The position numbers were made by a program, and so were the translations under genes. Shown here one piece after another: positions 1 through 13,165 of a stretch of DNA of 64,000 nt. Where the stretch lies: contig NW_027271369.1 of NCBI RefSeq assembly GCF_040938485.1, positions 1,302,001-1,366,000 on the forward strand. The letters are read 5' to 3'. Positions within the stretch are counted from its first letter, which is position 1, and every line of letters starts with the position of its first letter. The notes under the pieces were generated by a model. The model was given only the letters and a program-made list of their open reading frames with translations, was not told where the DNA came from and searched no databases. The DNA comes from Diadema antillarum (taxonomy: Eukaryota).

Positions 1-866
1 CTAGACATTTTCGTTACGGCGATAGGAACGGATTACAAACTCCATCGAAGTGAAATTTGGAGTGGAAATCGATGCAGATTAAGGGAGAGTATACAGATGT
101 TTTGAGTGAGGCAGGGTGTTTACTGTTTCTCCGATTTTACTGAGTTCACGCTTTACGTTGACATTGCGTTCACGGAGGTCTTATAAAACGTTTTTACGTA
201 AAATACAAATGATTTTGTTGCACATTTTACCATGTAATTTGCGACGGAAAATAAGCGATCGATTAGATGCATGTTTTCAGAATATACCTAGAGTCTGATC
301 ATGCACTTTCGCTAAAGTTTATATCTTTTTTTTCCGTCCTCAATGTGTGCACTTCGCAGTCGAAGCGATTATCGTGTGCCCGGGCGGCAAAGCGCGATGA
401 ACTGAGGGAATTCAAACAATGTAGTAATCTAACGGTAAGCCATGGTAGTAATCTAATCCACGCGACTATAGAAATTTGCGGACGGCTTGCTGCGCTATAA
501 CAAAAGCTTTCGAGAGTCCGATCAAGACACCCTCGCCAGAACTGTGCTTTTGTTCCGATTGTTACATTTTCTAAAGAGGGCGAACAAAGATCTATTAACA
601 TGACAAAGGGGCTACCTCATTATCTACCTCATCGATTTCACAGCGATATCACAATAAAACCACGACTTTTTCACGACGAAAGCACAACCATAGGACGACT
701 AAATCACGGTGTAAGGACGGCGTTTTCACTGTCAAAGCATCGCGAATAGTGTTGGTAGTGATTGCTGTAAACACTCTATCTTTTTCTTAATTGTGCAAAT
801 TTCCATCGAATGTTATTCTTTACAAAACTGTTATGTGACCATTTTGTGAAATGTCTGTCTTTTCAG

Positions 867-1230
867 GTGATGACGGGTTCGGTGTATGCCAATGTATGCA
901 GAAACTGTTTGGCTACAGTAATCTCACCAGGGAGGAAAGCATCCCAAACTACCAGCTGTCGAAGAGTCGAAGAGTGTCGGAGAATGCGTTCGGGATCCTT
1001 GCGAACCGGTCAAGGTTATGATGACCATCATGCAGTCAGCACGACCCTGCGACTGTGAGCCTGATCGATCACCACTATACCTGTGGCTTGCATCACAACC
1101 TAACGAGGATGATATGACCAACCACACGCAGAGCCAGCTCGTGGGACGAGAGGATGACGACCCCCAGCTCATCCCCGGAGGATGGAGATAGAACCGCAAG
1201 ATGGAAGACTGCGTGACTGTTCAGTGACAC
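867..1230 (+). pseudogene. Decayed PIF/Harbinger DDE transposase (HARBI1-like) C-terminal fragment
   Basis: After a TTTTCAG acceptor, manual translation across frameshifts gives GDDGFGVCQCMQKLFGYSNLTREESI/NYQLSKSRRVSENAFGILANR...LHHNL...DEDDDPQLIPGGWR*. This matches the recalled family motif GDxAF...NLTxEERIFNYRLSRARRVVENAFGIL. Frameshifts and stops are present. Confidence 0.85.
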
Positions 1231-1252
1231 TACACAGCCAACATGCAAAGGA

Positions 1253-1508
1253 CTCGGCACACCTAGCACGGTAACGGCAACGGTCCGGTTTGGTGGGCCA
1301 AAAGGAACCATGTTTGGTTCTGTTAAAAAAAAAACCAACAACAACAACAACAACAACAATGCGGTACAAAAACACCAAAAATTTCATTCTTATGTTAAAT
1401 TCATGAGCAACAAAATCACCTGTTGAAGATTTGTTTTAACAAAATTATTAACGAGGAAATTATATTGCAACATAACTAGCTATATAGTTCCTTTTGGTGC
1501 ACCATAGC

Positions 1509-1559
<51 letters not shown>

Positions 1560-1626
1560 AACAACAACAACAGAAACACACACTTTAAACCTGGACCGTT
1601 GCCGTTACCGTGCTCGGTGTGCCGAG
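1253..1626. mobile_element. Inverted-repeat pair (34 bp, 33/34 identical) enclosing (AAC)n tracts; probable MITE or Harbinger subterminal remnant
   Basis: CTCGGCACACCTAGCACGGTAACGGCAACGGTCC at 1253-1286 is the reverse complement of 1593-1626 with one mismatch. Confidence 0.65.
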
Positions 1627-2080
1627 GCGTTTAGGAGGGTAACCGGCTGCACAATTTCCTCAAACACTGGCTCAACTCGGATGCAGGAAGTGCCATGGCA
1701 GGACAATATAACTGATTTCCCACTGAACTGTAAATAATGTGAAAAGTAGTGTTAGTGACATAAGCCCCATAAAACTGTCGAAAAAACAACACCCACACAT
1801 ACGCAATCCAGAATGAATGCAAAAATAAAAAAATGGAATTGTGATTTTCAATGGAAACCATTTACTTTGTTGTTTTATCTTTTCATTCACTGTAGGATTT
1901 TTCTTTATTTTAATTTCAAGCAATTTAATCGCTACAATGTCCATTGTTAAGCTTACTAGTACTTCAGCAATGATTGACAAATATCATAGACAGAATCTTG
2001 GTCTGGAAGAAGGTTGTTGTTGTTGTTGTTGGTGGTGGTGGTGTTGGTGTTGGTGGTGGTGTTGTTGCTGTTGTTGTTTT
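1336..2080. repeat. Trinucleotide microsatellites (AAC)n and (GTT/GGT)n
   Basis: Directly visible at about 1336-1360, 1510-1572 and 2014-2080. Confidence 0.95.
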
Positions 2081-5000
2081 GATGGGTGTATCCAAGTAAT
2101 TTAAAGAAAAATGGCAGAAAATTATTGTAAACTATACGGCACGAATTTAGATATTCATCTGGCCACATAAGTGATGTTGAGAGTATGAATAATCGACATA
2201 AGTCAACACGCATTTTCATAACAGCTACTGTGCTCTCACGATCGACATTCTTTCAGTTGAAGGACGCCAGCTTTTGTCCGAGATCTGACAAACTTCGCGT
2301 TCTGACCTGCTTTTTCAGCCTCTTTCTCTCTTCTTCTCACTCTTTGAATCTCCGTTTCTGACAATGAACTTGTGGGAAATAGTCTAACTTGGCGAGGGAG
2401 GGGGAGAGAGTGAGAACAGAAATAAAAGAGAACCTATTTTCAATGCATGACTGTACACCTCAAATACTGTTCATGTCATCCCAGGTATCAGCTAGAAAAA
2501 ATGAAGAGTATGACAAAAATATAGAAGTATGAAATGAACAAAGAGGGGGAGGTTTTTCAGGCTAACCTTAGATAAATAATTGTGAAATCGATAACAATGG
2601 ATCCAGTGGTCGTCCTGGTACAGACTGATTTAAAGAGAGTTCGTGATCTGAATAAAGATCGGAGTGACTGTTGAATGGAAAGGAGAGAGAGGAAAAAATG
2701 AAATACTGATGGAGCTGGGACGTATTGTGTGTGAGTATGCGTTTTTGTGTATGTACGTGTGTGTGAGTGTGTGTGTGTGTGTGTATGTGTGTGTGTGTGA
2801 AATGGGTGTGTTATTAATAATAGAGACAGGTAATTCTTGGCACCATACAGGTCTGCGTGGTGCAACACAATAGAGTGTGGGGTGAGGTCGCCCGCTCAAG
2901 TTCATGCTGTGTGCTCAATAGTCCAGGGCACAGCCTAAACCGAAGCACTCAAACTTGATATCTGCAGTCCTGTGAGCTGCTCGACAGGTGTAGCCAGTGA
3001 CACGGTTGTCGTCCCGTGGCTCGACGACCACGGTTGAGGTGACGTGCTGCAACGGATGCTGGCAAGATCGAAATCTTCATTTCTCAAGTCACGTGGTAGG
3101 CCTGACGAGAAGGTGAAAATCCCAGGACTAATCCATCAATTTTGCTGTATTTTCTCTGGCTTTGCTTTGGAAGCTCTGGTAAGGACCCCCGTACTTCAGG
3201 TAAGTGATTCATGGCGACTTATTATACTCCCACTTACTGCTACTGTACTATACTTCTCTTACTCGTTTTCTCTATATCTTTCTTTGCTTACTATATTGCT
3301 CGTCAACGAGTTTTCACTTTCGAGAAAAGTTGCTTCCAAACTGCTTTTTACACCTATCACTATCTTGTTATTCGTATTATTTAAAGCGCTAGATATCTCG
3401 ATCTCAAAGGCAATCAGTTGCGATACACAGTGAGAGTCCGAATTTAATATTCCTCGCCTGTGTCCGAAGTAGGGGATAGGACAATTTTTCTTATCCGAAC
3501 AGCTTTAGGTTAACAATGTTGGACTGAAAAGTCTGCAAGTGTCATGTATCAAGAGCGGGGATGGGGGGGGGGGGGGGTGTGGAAGCCAGTACATTTCACT
3601 ACAAAGTAGTAAGTTCTTGGAGTGAATTAATGTTGCTCATGTTATCATGAAGGTCACCATATGATCAATGCGTGCATATTATCTGAACAAAACCATTTAT
3701 ATCGCTGTGTCATTATGAGAGCACGGTGAGGTCATTGATTTTGAATGACACACCCTCCACCCCCCCCCTTCTCTCCAGTTCCCACGCTATACCGTCAATT
3801 AATATACACTGTATACGTATAGATTATTCACTGATTGTCCTGGAAATATCATCCTGTGTCGTGCAACAAACACTTAAAAAGTACCTGTTATAATATGGTA
3901 CCTGGTAATTGAAAAAAAAAGTCATTGACATACGAAGGCTATATCAGGGGCGGCGGCATGTCTTTTTGTGAGGAGGGTGCCCTCGGGGAGTCATGGGTTT
4001 TGTTATTATTTGCTGATCATCTTTTTTTCCCCGGTTTTTCTTTTTTTTAAAGAGCAAAAAAGTGTGTGGCTTCCAGTTCTGCAGTCCCCGTATATTGCCA
4101 TAAGCAAGTAATTTCACATCTTTTATATCCTCTATAAGTATGTATATGTTATTACTTTTTTTTGAAAGTTTACATGCTCTTGACATCTGACGTGATGCTA
4201 CAGTAAAAAAAGATAATCTTATTGTTGCGAAAGGAAGGAAACGGTTCTTTCTTTTTCTTTATTTCCGTAAGATAGATCCAAAAGTTCTGCAACTGTACTT
4301 TGAAGTAGGCTTTAACTGGAACCTACGGGGAATTAGAAGTAATAGATCAAAAGAGCATGACTTTCCGTAGTGCAACATCTCTCTGTTATCGTAAGGAACA
4401 AGTGCAAGTTTCATTTCCAAAAGACAACAAACAATGGATTCATTTCAAGTCAATTCAGTGGTCCGTCAGTGAGTGTTTAGCAGATGTCTTCTATGAATCC
4501 AGTCAGATGGGGCGAATACGAGTGGAGGGCAATGTACTTTATCCATGCACCATTCATCATTGCAGATAAGAACTTGACAGTCTATATTTTGTTATATTAA
4601 ATAGATACATTTTGCGCATGCGCAGTTAAGTTTGTAAACTTGTGCACCAATAGTCACGACCTCTGAAATGTATTATACGGTGGATTCAAAATGCCTTGCA
4701 TCTTGAAAAATATGTTTCGTTAATTACGCACGAGTACCGTATGCTATATAGGCGGAATGTTTCAAAAGTATGGACCAAATTTGTTTTGAATTCGAACACC
4801 TCTCAATGATAGCGTGGAACAAAGCAACAGCATTTCATCTCCAAGCATAAAGAAATAGATTTGGGATTAATCATTTCCAACATCATGTTAATGATACCAC
4901 AGTCGTTCTAGACATCCAGCAACGTTCGATGACGTGTGCATCTATTGGTTATATGACAAGCAAAAGCTGAAATGTTCTCTGAATTGATTATCCTCGTCCA

Positions 5001-5180
5001 AGTCGACGTTTCCCGTGAGCTCCTACGTTATAGATATATTCTGAAGAAAGTGGGATACAATTTTGTATAAGTTTAGATGATGAGAACTATTAACGACAGC
5101 TTTAAACAAGTCCACTTCTAACCTTTTCTTTCAAACGCGTTGTACAGCCAGTGTCAGTTAGCTTGGATGCGTTGGACCAG

Positions 5181-5222
5181 TTATAACTAGAGTTCCTTCA
5201 TGAAAGGACTCTAGTTATAACA
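5181..5222. repeat. 42-bp near-perfect palindrome (hairpin or MITE remnant)
   Basis: GTTATAACTAGAGT-tccttcatgaaagg-ACTCTAGTTATAAC. Confidence 0.75.
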
Positions 5223-6529
5223 ACAAAAGCACACACCATTATAATGTGTATTTGCAAAGGTCATTCCTGTTTTTAAGCGGGCTGTTATTACAGACACTGA
5301 ATTAGGTCAAGGCTTCCACGCTCTTATAAACACAAATTTTAGGTTTTTCTTTCCACTTTCTTGACTTTGCCGTCTATGTTCCCTTTGGCCTTGGCATAGT
5401 TTGATTTTGTATCCATTATTAGTCTTTATAGTGCTTGTACCTTTGTCGTAACCTAGTAACCGTGTGTGTGTTTGTTTGTTTGTGTGTGTTTGCGTAGGCC
5501 CTATATGTGTATGTGTGTCAAAATGTATAAAGATTGACATATTTCTGTACAATGTTTGTGTATAATGTTGTTTATCTTCGTACAATGCTTTGATTTGTTT
5601 TGTTTTTGTGAATGTGAATTTTGCGGCACTGAACGAAATTCGAATAAAGTACTCAAAAAGGTGTGCGTACTGTGTGTGTCTGTGTGTGTTGCGTGTGTTT
5701 TTCCTGATCACTCCAAATACTGCATTCAAAAGTTTAGGATTTTTCAGTCCGTGGTTTCAGAAGGCAGAACCATCATTCAATTGATCGTTTTCAAAGAGAC
5801 TGCTTTAAACAGCATTTTCCTCAAGTTACACTTATTTTCTTGCAATTAAGAATTATGGTAGAATTTCCTAGCAATCCACTATTTAGAAGAGAGACTTCTT
5901 CATGCAAAGCCAACCAACATAATATCGTGGAAAACTTGCCTTAAATATTAACTCGTTGAGAAAAAGTGTGCAGGAAATAGAGCGATGTGATTATCATTGA
6001 AATTGGAAATGCAACCAAAATTTCAGAATTTCTCATGTTTTTGTTTGTTTGTTTTTACGAAATAAATATGTGGTACTATCTCATATGCAAATGTGACTTG
6101 AGGCGCAGATGTCATTTCGTCGCAACCGGCCTGCCTAGAGTTAATACCCAGAAAAATGATAATAATTATGGCAACGATTAGCAACTATTACATTTCCCCA
6201 ACATAAGAAGTCATGATTGCCATGATGTCGCAATTCTAACATGAGCCGAAGGAAATAACTTCTTCGATTTAAATTCATTGGTAGTATATAAGATTGTATT
6301 GAGAAAAATATAAATTCAAAGATGCACACACCAATACATTTATAAAGACGCTTATAGGCCATTGCAACTCGATATGAAGTTCGTCACGCCCATATGTTCA
6401 GTCCTGAGTGTTCATTGGAGTGTGTCCAGTACCTGAGCAAAGTCTGGACGAGTGACGGGAATGATAAATGCAAATTTGTCCAAAGTCACGTGATAAGAAA
6501 GGAACATGACGTCGTTTGATTGTATTTCA

Positions 6530-6724
6530 GTCTGTGTGTGTGTGTGTGTGACTGCGTGAGTGTATGTGAGGGAGAGAGAGAGAGAGAGAGAGATAGAGAA
6601 AGGAAGTCAAAGATTGTTATTGGAGAGGGAAAGAAAGTAAGAGAAAAGGGACAATGATCAGAGAGCGACATAGATCAGAAAGACAACAGATCAGGAAGAA
6701 GCAGGTTTCAGAAACGCAAAGAGA

Positions 6725-6790
<66 letters not shown>

Positions 6791-7500
6791 TAGAGATTGG
6801 CTGAGAGGGAGAGACGGATAGGGAGGGACTTTCATAGTAGTAGTAGAAGTAGTAGTAGCAGTAGTAGTAATGGTGGTGGTAGTGGTGGTGGTGGTGGTGA
6901 TAGTATACGTATAGGCCTAAGTATAAGTAGTAGCTATTATAAAATGGGCTTTAGAATCCCTGCAATCTGACTGGTCAATAATTGTCATGCATTAATTTTT
7001 ACTGATCCACACTTAGCCATGCCTCCGGTAAAATCCGAACGCATGGCTCAAGTCTTGTATAGTGTTGTAGGTGTACCGGACGCATGATTAGGAAAATGGT
7101 TTTATTTCATGAATTTATGGGCCCATGTTTATTATTATTATTATTATTATTATTTATTCGGCATTGGCAAAACAATACAAGTGATAACAGAGAAACAAAA
7201 TAAACAAACAAAACACAAGAAAACAAAGTGTCAGGCTTTTATAACACAAATGATGCACAGGCCTATTTCGTGGATCAGTGAGAATTGGAAGACAGCGAGT
7301 GGGTTTAAACAGTTTCAAAGTTAAACTTGCACATCCAATTCTCACCGATCCACTCTGTCCTGTGCATCATTTGTATAGTAGTAGTAGTAGTAGTGCAAAG
7401 AGGTGGCGGTGGTGATGTGGTAGTGGTAGTAGTATAGCAGTAGTGGCGGTAGACGTAGTAGTGGTGGTGGTGGTGGTAGAAGAAGAAGAAGAAGTACACT
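6530..7500. repeat. Microsatellite cluster (GT)n, (GA)n, (AAAG)n, (TAG/TGG)n, (TAT)n
   Basis: Simple repeats are directly visible and generate the low-complexity ORFs in the track. Confidence 0.9.
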
Positions 7501-7724
7501 CTAAAAAAACCCGAGTCAGAACTGACCCGGAACTGGGTCCGTTGGGGTCATACACCATTCCGGGTAACAAATGACTTGGAATTTGGTCATGAAGACTCTG
7601 AATGGGGTCACCCTGACCCAATGCATGACTCTGAATGGGTCATATCTGACCCCATTCCTCGTCATTTCTGACCCGGAACGGTGTGTGACCCCAACGGACC
7701 CAGTTCCGGGTCAGTTCTGACTCG
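7496..7724. mobile_element. Fold-back MITE with CACT-type terminus; right end lost in the gap
   Basis: Starts CACTCTAAAAAAACC. The 39-bp arm CGAGTCAGAACTGACCCGGAACTGGGTCCGTTGGGGTCA (7512-7550) is perfectly inverted at 7686-7724. Confidence 0.75.
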
Positions 7725-7987
7725 NNNNNNNNNNNNNNNNNNNNNNNNNNNNNNNNNNNNNNNNNNNNNNNNNNNNNNNNNNNNNNNNNNNNNNNNNNNN
7801 NNNNNNNNNNNNNNNNNNNNNNNNNNNNNNNNNNNNNNNNNNNNNNNNNNNNNNNNNNNNNNNNNNNNNNNNNNNNNNNNNNNNNNNNNNNNNNNNNNNN
7901 NNNNNNNNNNNNNNNNNNNNNNNNNNNNNNNNNNNNNNNNNNNNNNNNNNNNNNNNNNNNNNNNNNNNNNNNNNNNNNNNNNNNNNN
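7725..7987. other. Assembly gap (263 N)
   Basis: Run of N. Confidence 1.
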
Positions 7988-8195
7988 CAGCTGCAGCAGC
8001 AGTATAATAGTAGTAGAAAAAAAGTGGTGTTTTAGTAATGACACCAGCAGAAGATAATATCGTTGAACAAGAAGCAGCAACGCCAAATGGCAGGAGTAGA
8101 AGACAAGTATCTTTATACGGCATAGCTTTATCAGTTCTTTATGTTTTCATACGCCATGTAAAACATGGCGTCTCTCTTATACACCACTTCTTTCG

Positions 8196-8267
<72 letters not shown>

Positions 8268-8357
8268 TGGGTCTGATATCGAATGAAATTCAAATAAAGA
8301 ATATCATAAAACAAAAAAGTGTGCGTGTGTGTGAGTATGTGAGTGGGGGGGGGGGGG

Positions 8358-8890
8358 GGCATGGGCGTAAATCCCGGGGGGATGGGGGGGGGATATATCC
8401 CCGTATATCCCCCCTCCTGAAATGGAGGAGGGGGGGGATGGCCTGTACAATCATCCCCCCTGAAATTTGAGGGAAAAAATGGAGGAAGCAGAAATGTGAT
8501 TGTATCAATTTTGGCATATTGCATGACGTTCGTACGCCCGCCTCCAGACAGGTAACAGAGCTGAACAGTCTTGTAGGATAATGTATACATAATTTTCTCA
8601 AGCGCTCGCTCGCTTCGCTCGCTCGCAAAGACAGTAATATCGACATAAGGTATGGCCCAGACGTTGACAACGTCAAATAGTATAGGCCTATAGATGTAAA
8701 CATGTAAATCCAAAATTTTACCGAAAGTGTGCACCAGATCGCTTAATTTCAGGTCTGAAAATGCAAAATCTTCCTCGTCCGAGAGGGGGGTATCCCCCCT
8801 CCCACACCCTCCCCCACTCGGTCGCTCCGCTCCCTCGCACAGATATTCCAACTCCAAGTCCCTCCCCCACCAACCATTGTTACAGAACGA
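8358..8890. mobile_element. Non-autonomous DNA element with G/C-run ends and GCTCGCTTCGCTCGC motif
   Basis: Starts CATGGGCGTAAATCCCGGGGGG and contains GCTCGCTCGCTTCGCTCGCTCGC (about 8603-8626), the same motif as the 11.7-13.2 kb array. Confidence 0.55.
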
Positions 8891-9125
8891 TGCCCCTGGG
8901 ATGATTGCTTTATTGACTTAAATCAAGAAAATAGAAAAATAGAATACCTACAGGAAGATAATACCGGTACGTTATTACATACAAAGAAATGGAGATCCAT
9001 ATTACCATTTTATTGAATATATTTGGGCATTATTCAGGGCTATGCTACGTTTTTAAAGGGGGGAGGGGTCAAAATCACCTGTCAGTCAATAAGAAAGAAA
9101 ATCAAAAGATAAGAGAAACAAAAAC

Positions 9126-10930
9126 AACTAGAACCGGAATTTGTCAACACTGACAAATTAGATGATCCGATCTCTTCGAAAATCAATGATTTGAGTCCTG
9201 ATCCCAATAGGCATGACCATACCGGTTTCATCTGTGTCGAGGAGACATTGGCCGTGTGATGTTTGGATTCTCATTTAGAAAAGGAAGTCAGACTTGCCAT
9301 CTTTAATACCGAATTCCGTATCCACTAACGAAGATACAGAATGAAGTATATTTGACCTTTGACCCCACTTTGCACACCCAAGATGGCATCTGAGCAAAAA
9401 GTGGTTATTTAGTGAAGTGATTATTGTAACATGCCCTTTTCGTGTGCAAAATATGGGAAAGACAGGACATGTATTCACCAAAATACAGGATGAACAATTT
9501 GTGACCTTTGACCCTAATTTACCTACCCAAGATGGCATCTGATCAAGTAGTTGTTATTTTATGAAATAATGTACGTGACATGAACTAAGCATGTGCAAAA
9601 TATGGGGGTGATAAAGGCTGTTTTTCTTGAGTTATTGCAAAGAAAGTTTCAGAAAAAAAATATCATAAAACATCGAAGATAAGCTTTAATTTCAGCCAAG
9701 ATTTTTGACATGATTCCGACATGGTATGAAAAAACAAAAGGCATATTCACGATAGCCCAAAGTCTCAGCTACAACATATTAAAATCTGGGAGAAATTCAC
9801 TGAAGCATAAGTGAGCTAGTGCTCGAGAAAGATAGTCATGTCAATTTTCATTTCCATAAAAATTGCACTCCCATAGAGATTACACGTAAACTGGTCAAAT
9901 TCGACAAGGTTACTTTCAATCCATTTTTATGAGGTCATGCTGTCATTCAATCAAAATTGTACTATACATAACTGATAGAGCATTAAATTAGCTACAGCAT
10001 ACTGAAATCTGGGTGAAAATTGGCCAAGGATAAGTGAGATACGCTCGAGTAAACTTGAAATTTGATGACGTCATTTTGAAAATTTACTTTTTTTATTTTA
10101 TTAAGAAATTTGATATCTTTTCATCATTTTTCCAGCATCGCCAATCCATGGAATGACATGTACAACTCATCAGCTTTCAAAATATGTAAAGAAAATGGGG
10201 GGTCATTGTCCATCCTGGCGATTAAATTCGGATTTAAAATTGGCGGTTTTTTGGCATTGTTTCACTGTATATCGCCATTGACGCGCGCGCGGAATTTCAA
10301 CTTTGACGGGCCCGTATGACGTCATATCGAGTCGGACTGACTTGAAACTTGGTAGAAATATTCCTTGACATTTCAGGCATCCGATAAGTGTAAAAAAACG
10401 GGAAATTTCTATTCCACAAGAGCTGTGCGTGCGTATACAGGCGCGCGCGTACGCGTCCGTCCATTTTTTTCAATTTTTCAAAAAATGCTCCAAATGGTCT
10501 GAAACGTGTGCAAAAAACATTTGAGCTCGATTGGAGCATACAAATATTTCAATGCGCGCGGACGCGCACGTTTTAAGAGAAAATATGAAGTTTGAGAATA
10601 TGAGTGGAATGGGCATAATTTGAAATATATGTGACGTAAATTTCATTGAAAAATTCCATTCCACTGATGAGATATGATTGACAATGTGTTTTCATATAAT
10701 GACGTCATAGTGACGTCACGGTCGACTGATCACTATGATTTTATTAGACCCGTCGTCTTTGGGACATGATACATATATTCGATAGGTTTGAAATTGATAG
10801 GAAGAACACTTTCTGAGCTAATCGATACACAAATTTTGTCCAGAAATAAAGAAAGAAGAAGAAGAACCACCAACAAAGAATCCGTACAGATACAGAAGGT
10901 GATCCGAGAGGATACTCGGATCACCTAAAA
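9126..10930 (-). mobile_element. Helentron-type non-autonomous element (HINE/DINE-1-like), probably with nested DNA-element fragments
   Basis: On the minus strand it begins with a T-run plus the hairpin GGTGATCCGAGTATCCTCTCGGATCACC, followed by a (TTC)n tract, and ends TTCTAGTT. Internal TGACCTTTGACC motifs are present. Confidence 0.6.
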
Positions 10931-11520
10931 AGTCTTCATATTTTTGCTGCCACTTCCCTCATACTTTATATTTCATGCAAAACAGTGGTACATTCGATCC
11001 CTGTTAAGTGTGTGTGTGTGTGTGGGGGGGGGGGGGGTTGCCAAGCTCCCCCCCCCCCCCCCATCCACTGGTTTAAAAAAAGAATAAAAAACTTACCAAA
11101 ATGGTAATTCAAGTGTTAGTAAACTGCTTTTGAAATCGACATGAATGGGGGATCAAGAAATAAGATATTTTTCTAAGATTTCTTTTAACCATAATCAAAG
11201 AGGTATATATAGCGCGAAACATTGTTCAAAAAGTCCGGAGCCGACAAAATATTGCGATTCAGCGTGATTCCTGGTTGGCATTCTGAATATAAGCAGGATG
11301 TGCGCAGTGTACTCAGAACATCCGAACGGCAAAAAGAGTCGCTGCAACGTTGCGCAATGTGATGTAGAATGTACACCTTTGTACCTTACGCTTCGTTATA
11401 TCAAAGCTAGATCATTAATGATTTTGCAGTGTTGCTTTACATGCTAGTCTATATCAAAATGCCTTGCATTGCCAATAATAAGACTTGACCTGGGCTATTT
11501 CCTAACTTTTTCATGTATAT

Positions 11521-11570
<50 letters not shown>

Positions 11571-11698
11571 AACAATAATATTAGAGGATGTTCTAAAGTG
11601 CAGATTTTGGATGTCCTTCCCCCATTATTGGTCACTTCGACGCCCCCTCGCTGGTCATACCTCCCCAAATCATGAACATAAACCGACACCCTTGACTA

Positions 11699-13165
11699 CC
11701 AGTGGCAGATCCGCCCCATCCCCTTAATTTCCAAAGCGTAAAAATATAGCTACAAAAGGCAGTTTTTGGACTGCAAAATGTCAAAATTTTCAAGCTCGCT
11801 CGCTCCGCTCGATCGCATTTAATCGCTATGCCATTCTCCTGATGTTGCTGCCAGTAATTGCCAGCAGTTGCGCCCGGTGCGCCCCCTTATTCCAAAGTAT
11901 AGCTACAAACGGCAGTTTTGAGACTGAAAGATGTCAAAATTGTCAAGCTCGCTCGCTCCGCTCGCTCACATTTAATCGTTATGCTATTCTCCTGATGTCA
12001 CTGCCAGTTATTGACAGCAGTTGCGCCCGTTGCACCCCCCCCCCCTTAATTTCCAAAGTGAAAAAATACAGCTACACAAACGGCAGATTCTGGACTGTAA
12101 AATGTCAAGATTTTCAAGCTCACTCGCTGCACTCGCTCGCATATAATCGTTATGTCATTCTCCTAATGTTGCTGCCAGTAATTGCCAGCAGTTGCACCCG
12201 GTGCGCCCCCCCCCCCCCATAATTTTCAAAGCGAAAAAATATAGCTATAACCCGCAGTTTTTGGACTGTAAAATGTCAAAATTTTCAAGCTCTCTCGCTT
12301 CACTTGCATATAATCGTTATGTCATTCTCCTGATGTCGCTGCCAGTAATTGTCACCAGTTGCGTCCGGTGCCCCCCCCCCTAATTTCCAAAGCGAAAAAA
12401 ATATAGCTACACAAACGGAAGTTTGGGGACACTAAAATGTCAAAATTTTCATGCTCGCTCGCTTCGCTCGCTCGCATTGATCGTGATGCCATTCTCCCGA
12501 TGTTGCTGCCAGTAATTGCAAGCAGTTGCGCCCGGTGCGCCCCCCCCCCCCCCTTAATTTTCAAAGCGAAAAAATATATATCTACAAAAGGTAGTTTTGG
12601 GACTGTAAAATGTCAAAATTTTGAAACTCGCTCGAATTTAATCGTTATGCCATTCTCCTGATGTTGCTGCCAGTAATTGTCAGCAGCAGTTGCGCCCGGT
12701 GCGTCCCCCCCCCCCCCCTTCATTTCCAACACGAGAAAATATAGCTACAACCGGCAGTTTTGGGACTGTAAAATGTCAAAAATTTCAAGCTCGCTCGCTT
12801 CGCTCGCTCGCATATAATCGTTATGTCATTCTCCTGATGTCGCTGCCAGTAATTGCCAGCAGTAATAATTGCGCCCGGTGCGCCCCCCTTAATTTCCAAA
12901 GCGAAAAAATATAGCTACAACCGGCAGTTTTGGAACTGTTAAATATCAAAATTTTCAAGCTCGCTCGCATATAATCGTTATGTCATATCTCCTGATGTCG
13001 CTGCCAGTAATTGCCAGCAGTTGCGTCCGATGCGCCCCCTTAATTTCCAAAGCGAAAAAATATAGCTACAAACGGCAGTTTGGGGACTGTAAAATGTCAA
13101 AATTTTCACGCTCGCTCGCATTTAATTGTTATGCAATTCTCCTGATGTTGCTGCCAGTAATTTGT
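11699..13165 (+). repeat. Tandem array of nine ~150-175-bp units derived from a MITE interior
   Basis: The unit CCCCTTAATTTCCAAAGCGAAAAAATATAGCTAC...GCTCGCTTCGCTCGC...GATGTYGCTGCCAGTAATTGCCAGCAGTTGCGCCCGGTGCG restarts near 11722, 11884, 12044, 12219, 12380, 12553, 12718, 12888 and 13038. The array is preceded by CAGTGGCAGATCC, resembling the TIR at 39272-39437. Confidence 0.9.

Noticed and set aside
1093-8857. Numerous short ORFs with poly-V/C/N/T/H-T tracts, including those spanning the N gap
   Set aside because: They are translations of microsatellites, G/C runs or Ns.
11699-13165. Regularly spaced repeats resembling a CRISPR array, and Cys/Pro-rich ORFs across them
   Set aside because: The entire unit is repeated with no unique spacers, the context is eukaryotic, and the ORFs are products of the tandem repeat.
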